Source: an uncultured Thermoplasmatales archaeon
GTDB taxonomy: Archaea > Thermoplasmatota > E2 > DHVEG-1
NCBI GenBank assembly: GCA_964346655.1
Contig: CAYFVP010000055.1
Location: forward strand, 5,028 to 69,027
Direction: 5' to 3'
DNA: 64,000 nucleotides
Below the pieces are notes generated by a model that was not told the DNA's origin, did no database searches, and saw only the letters and a program-made list of their open reading frames with translations. Shown here piece by piece: positions 61,861 through 64,000 of the stretch. The stretch's first letter is position 1. Each line of letters starts with the position of its first letter. The position numbers were made by a program, and so were the translations under genes.

Positions 61861-63488
61861 TTTATCACAACTCCTTTTTTTTCAAATTCTAACTCCCTTA
61901 ATTCCTTTCTTTTTATTTTGCCACTTTGAGTTTTAGGAAGCTTATCAACAAATTCAACCTCTTTAGGATACTTATAAGGAGCCGCAACCATTTTGACATG
62001 ATCTTGAATCTCCTTTACAAGATCTTCAGAAGCCTTTGAATTATCATGAAGAATAACAAATGCCTTAATAATAACACCAAGAACTTTATCAGGACTTGCA
62101 ACAACTGCACATTCAAGAACTTCGGGATGTGAAATAATTGCTGATTCAACTTCAAAAGATGATATTTTATAACCCTCAGATATGATTAAATTATCATCTC
62201 TACCACTGTACCAAAAATAACCATCCTTATCCTGATATAAAACATCACCACTTAAAAACCAGCCATTTTTAAAACTCTTTTTTGTTTTATCTGGTTTGTT
62301 CCAATATTCTCTAAATAGACCTGGATCAGTTTCTTTAATGCCTAAAATTCCATGTTCACCAAAAGGAAGAGTTTTTCCATTGTGATCAACAATTGCACAA
62401 ATTTTTCCAGGTTGAGGTTTACCACATGAACCTGGTTTTATTTTCAAACCCTCAAAGTTGGAAAGAAAAACCATGATTTCTGTCATACCTATACCATCAT
62501 ATATATCAAGACCAAAACGTTGTTTCCATTTTTTTATTATCTCTGGATTTAGCGGTTCTCCAGCAGATATACAATGTCTGAGTGAAGATAAATCATATTT
62601 TTTTTCAGCATCCTTAACTGCTAAAAACAATCTATATGCAGTTGGAACAGATGCAAGATTAGTAACTTTGTATTTTTCTAATAATTTTAACCAATTTTCA
62701 GGATTAAATCGACCATCATAAATAAGGGTAGAAAATCCCCATCTCCATGGATATAGAAAGCCATTTCCAAGTGGAAAAATCCAATTAAGATCACCAGTAT
62801 GAGCAAGTAAGTCATCATCTCTTCCTTGCTGCCAAAAAAGCACACTAGGATCATTTCCTGGAACCCATCGATGCAAATGCACAGCACCTTTAGGATTACC
62901 GGTTGTTCCAGATGTATAACAAAAAAAGGCAATATCATCCTTATTTGTTGGTTCAAGGTCCAAATTGCCAGAAGCTTCTTTCATTAATTCATCATATGAA
63001 AGTTGATCACTATAGGCATCATCAAGAACAATAATATATTCTAAAGAGGGACAATCATCCTTAATTTCATTAATTTCTTTAACATATTTTGAAGTGGTAA
63101 TAACAGCTCTGGATTCGCTATCATTAATTCTATATTCAATTTCATGGGCTCTAAACATTACAGACGAAGGAATAGGAACAGCACCAATTTTTGTTCCTCC
63201 TAAAAATGAAATTTGAAACTCTGGAAGGTTAGGAAGACGAATTAAAAATCTATCACCCTTTTTAAATCCAATATTTTTCAAGGCATTTCCAAATTTATTA
63301 GTAAGTCTTTTCATTTCATTATAAGTAAATTTATCTGATTCACCGTCAGAATTTTCCCAATATAAAGCTATTTTATTTTTCTTATCGGTAAGAGTATGTT
63401 TATCAACACAATCAAAACCGATATTATATTTTTTAGGGATATCCCATTTCCAATTATCGTATTCTTTTTTATAATTGAACTCCCCCAT
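61857..63488 (-). CDS. AMP-forming acyl-CoA synthetase
   Basis: YTSGTTGNPKG, GIGMTE, C-terminal PKTQSGKIKRKELR. Confidence 0.75.
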   Translation of the reverse strand: MGEFNYKKEYDNWKWDIPKKYNIGFDCVDKHTLTDKKNKIALYWENSDGESDKFTYNEMKRLTNKFGNALKNIGFKKGDRFLIRLPNLPEFQISFLGGTKIGAVPIPSSVMFRAHEIEYRINDSESRAVITTSKYVKEINEIKDDCPSLEYIIVLDDAYSDQLSYDELMKEASGNLDLEPTNKDDIAFFCYTSGTTGNPKGAVHLHRWVPGNDPSVLFWQQGRDDDLLAHTGDLNWIFPLGNGFLYPWRWGFSTLIYDGRFNPENWLKLLEKYKVTNLASVPTAYRLFLAVKDAEKKYDLSSLRHCISAGEPLNPEIIKKWKQRFGLDIYDGIGMTEIMVFLSNFEGLKIKPGSCGKPQPGKICAIVDHNGKTLPFGEHGILGIKETDPGLFREYWNKPDKTKKSFKNGWFLSGDVLYQDKDGYFWYSGRDDNLIISEGYKISSFEVESAIISHPEVLECAVVASPDKVLGVIIKAFVILHDNSKASEDLVKEIQDHVKMVAAPYKYPKEVEFVDKLPKTQSGKIKRKELRELEFEKKGVVIK

Positions 63489-63509
63489 TATAGTCCACCT
63501 GATCAATTA

Positions 63510-64000
63510 TTATCTTAACAGACTACTAGAAATGACAAGGCGTTGAACCTCAGAAGTTCCTTCATAGATTTCAGTTATTTTCGAATCTCTAAATAAACGC
63601 TCAACAGTATATTCCTTGGTATAACCATAGCCACCATGAATCTGAACTGCTTTTATTGCTGAATCTACTGCTGTTTCAGAGGCAAAAAGTTTTGCCATAG
63701 CCGCTTCTTTACTTATTCTTTCTCCTGAATCCTTTTTGTAAGCTGCATTATAAACTAAATAACGTGCTGCTTCGATTCTTGTAGCAATATCAGCAATCAT
63801 CCATTGTATAGCTTGGAATTGGGCAAGAGATTTTCCAAATTGTTGTCTTTGTTTTGAATACTCAATACTTTCGTCAAGAGATGCTTGAGCAATACCAACT
63901 GCTTGAGCAGCAATACCAATTCTTCCACCATCGAGAGCACTTAGGGCAATTTTAAAACCGTCACCTTCTTTTCCAAGAAGATTTTCTTTAGGAACCTCCA
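63510..64000 (-). CDS. acyl-CoA dehydrogenase, C-terminal part (5' end beyond the window)
   Basis: C-terminal IHGGYGYTKEY...IYEGTSEVQRLVI is typical of ACAD; the frame stays open to position 64000. Confidence 0.75.
   Translation of the reverse strand, partial: EVPKENLLGKEGDGFKIALSALDGGRIGIAAQAVGIAQASLDESIEYSKQRQQFGKSLAQFQAIQWMIADIATRIEAARYLVYNAAYKKDSGERISKEAAMAKLFASETAVDSAIKAVQIHGGYGYTKEYTVERLFRDSKITEIYEGTSEVQRLVISSSLLR

Noticed and set aside
1-64000. Search by eye for tRNA, rRNA or CRISPR arrays (GC-rich islands in AT-rich background, regularly spaced direct repeats)
   Set aside because: No cloverleaf-compatible GC-rich 70-90-nt segment was found, and no repeat-spacer periodicity. The only tandem repeats found are the 3x11-bp array at 38109..38141 and the palindrome at 52720..52741. 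A computational scan (tRNAscan, CRISPR finder) could still find something missed.

Overview
The window is AT-rich (~30% GC), gene-dense anaerobic metabolism DNA. Several features point to an archaeon, but the lineage cannot be assigned from sequence alone: a thiolase with a DUF35 partner; a MoaD/SAMP-like Gly-Gly protein; split AccC/AccB/PccB; tungsten-type AOR; HdrA; TTG/GTG starts with GGAGG-like SDs. No rRNA, tRNA or CRISPR array was seen by eye.

Content by region:
- 1-9.3 kb: a tightly coupled ten-gene plus-strand operon. It mixes an HdrB-like CCG protein, two tandem KorB-derived proteins that have lost the TPP-binding GDG motif, two ferredoxins, an NfnAB/SudAB-like pair, HdrA, and an FrdB/FrdA-like fumarate-reductase pair. 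This is the strongest candidate for a previously undescribed electron-transfer or bifurcation complex.
- 9.5-12 kb: 2-oxoacid:ferredoxin oxidoreductase korABC. korC has an apparent homopolymer frameshift at its 5' end.
- 12.2-16.7 kb: crotonase plus archaeal-type biotin-dependent acyl-CoA carboxylase (accC-accB-pccB).
- 17-27 kb: ACT-domain regulator-like protein, SAMP-like protein, Trp-rich secreted protein, a radical SAM protein with Cx4Cx2C spacing, an HgdC-like activase divergent from a lone HgdB-like subunit, a CoA ligase, a PanE-like reductase and a Nox/CoADR-like flavoprotein.
- 27.5-37.5 kb (minus strand): AOR plus polyferredoxin, an MBL hydrolase, a BzdV-like 852-aa FeS-flavoprotein, a ferredoxin, and a class I benzoyl-CoA reductase-like bcrC-bcrB-ATPase-ATPase set.
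- 37.5-38.2 kb: a GNAT acetyltransferase immediately preceded by an unannotated 45-aa AbrB/MazE-like ORF and three tandem 11-bp repeats (TA-like module).
- 38.3-44 kb: SDR, thiolase/DUF35, and Oah/BamA-like, Had-like and Dch-like genes, completing a plausible anaerobic benzoyl-CoA pathway.
- 44-52 kb: an accessory island. It holds a clan-CD (gingipain-like) secreted peptidase and a string of secreted or membrane paralogs sharing an unusual conserved N-terminal leader.
- 52-57.3 kb: a mobile-element-like patch. It has a 22-bp perfect palindrome, a wHTH regulator, Zn-ribbon and small basic mini-ORFs, an orphan beta-class DNA methyltransferase, 4-hydroxybutyryl-CoA dehydratase (AbfD), and a phiX174 gpA-like superfamily-I HUH Rep with a zinc finger.
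- 57.3-64 kb: a CarboxypepD_reg-repeat surface protein, etfAB, an acyl-CoA synthetase and a partial acyl-CoA dehydrogenase.
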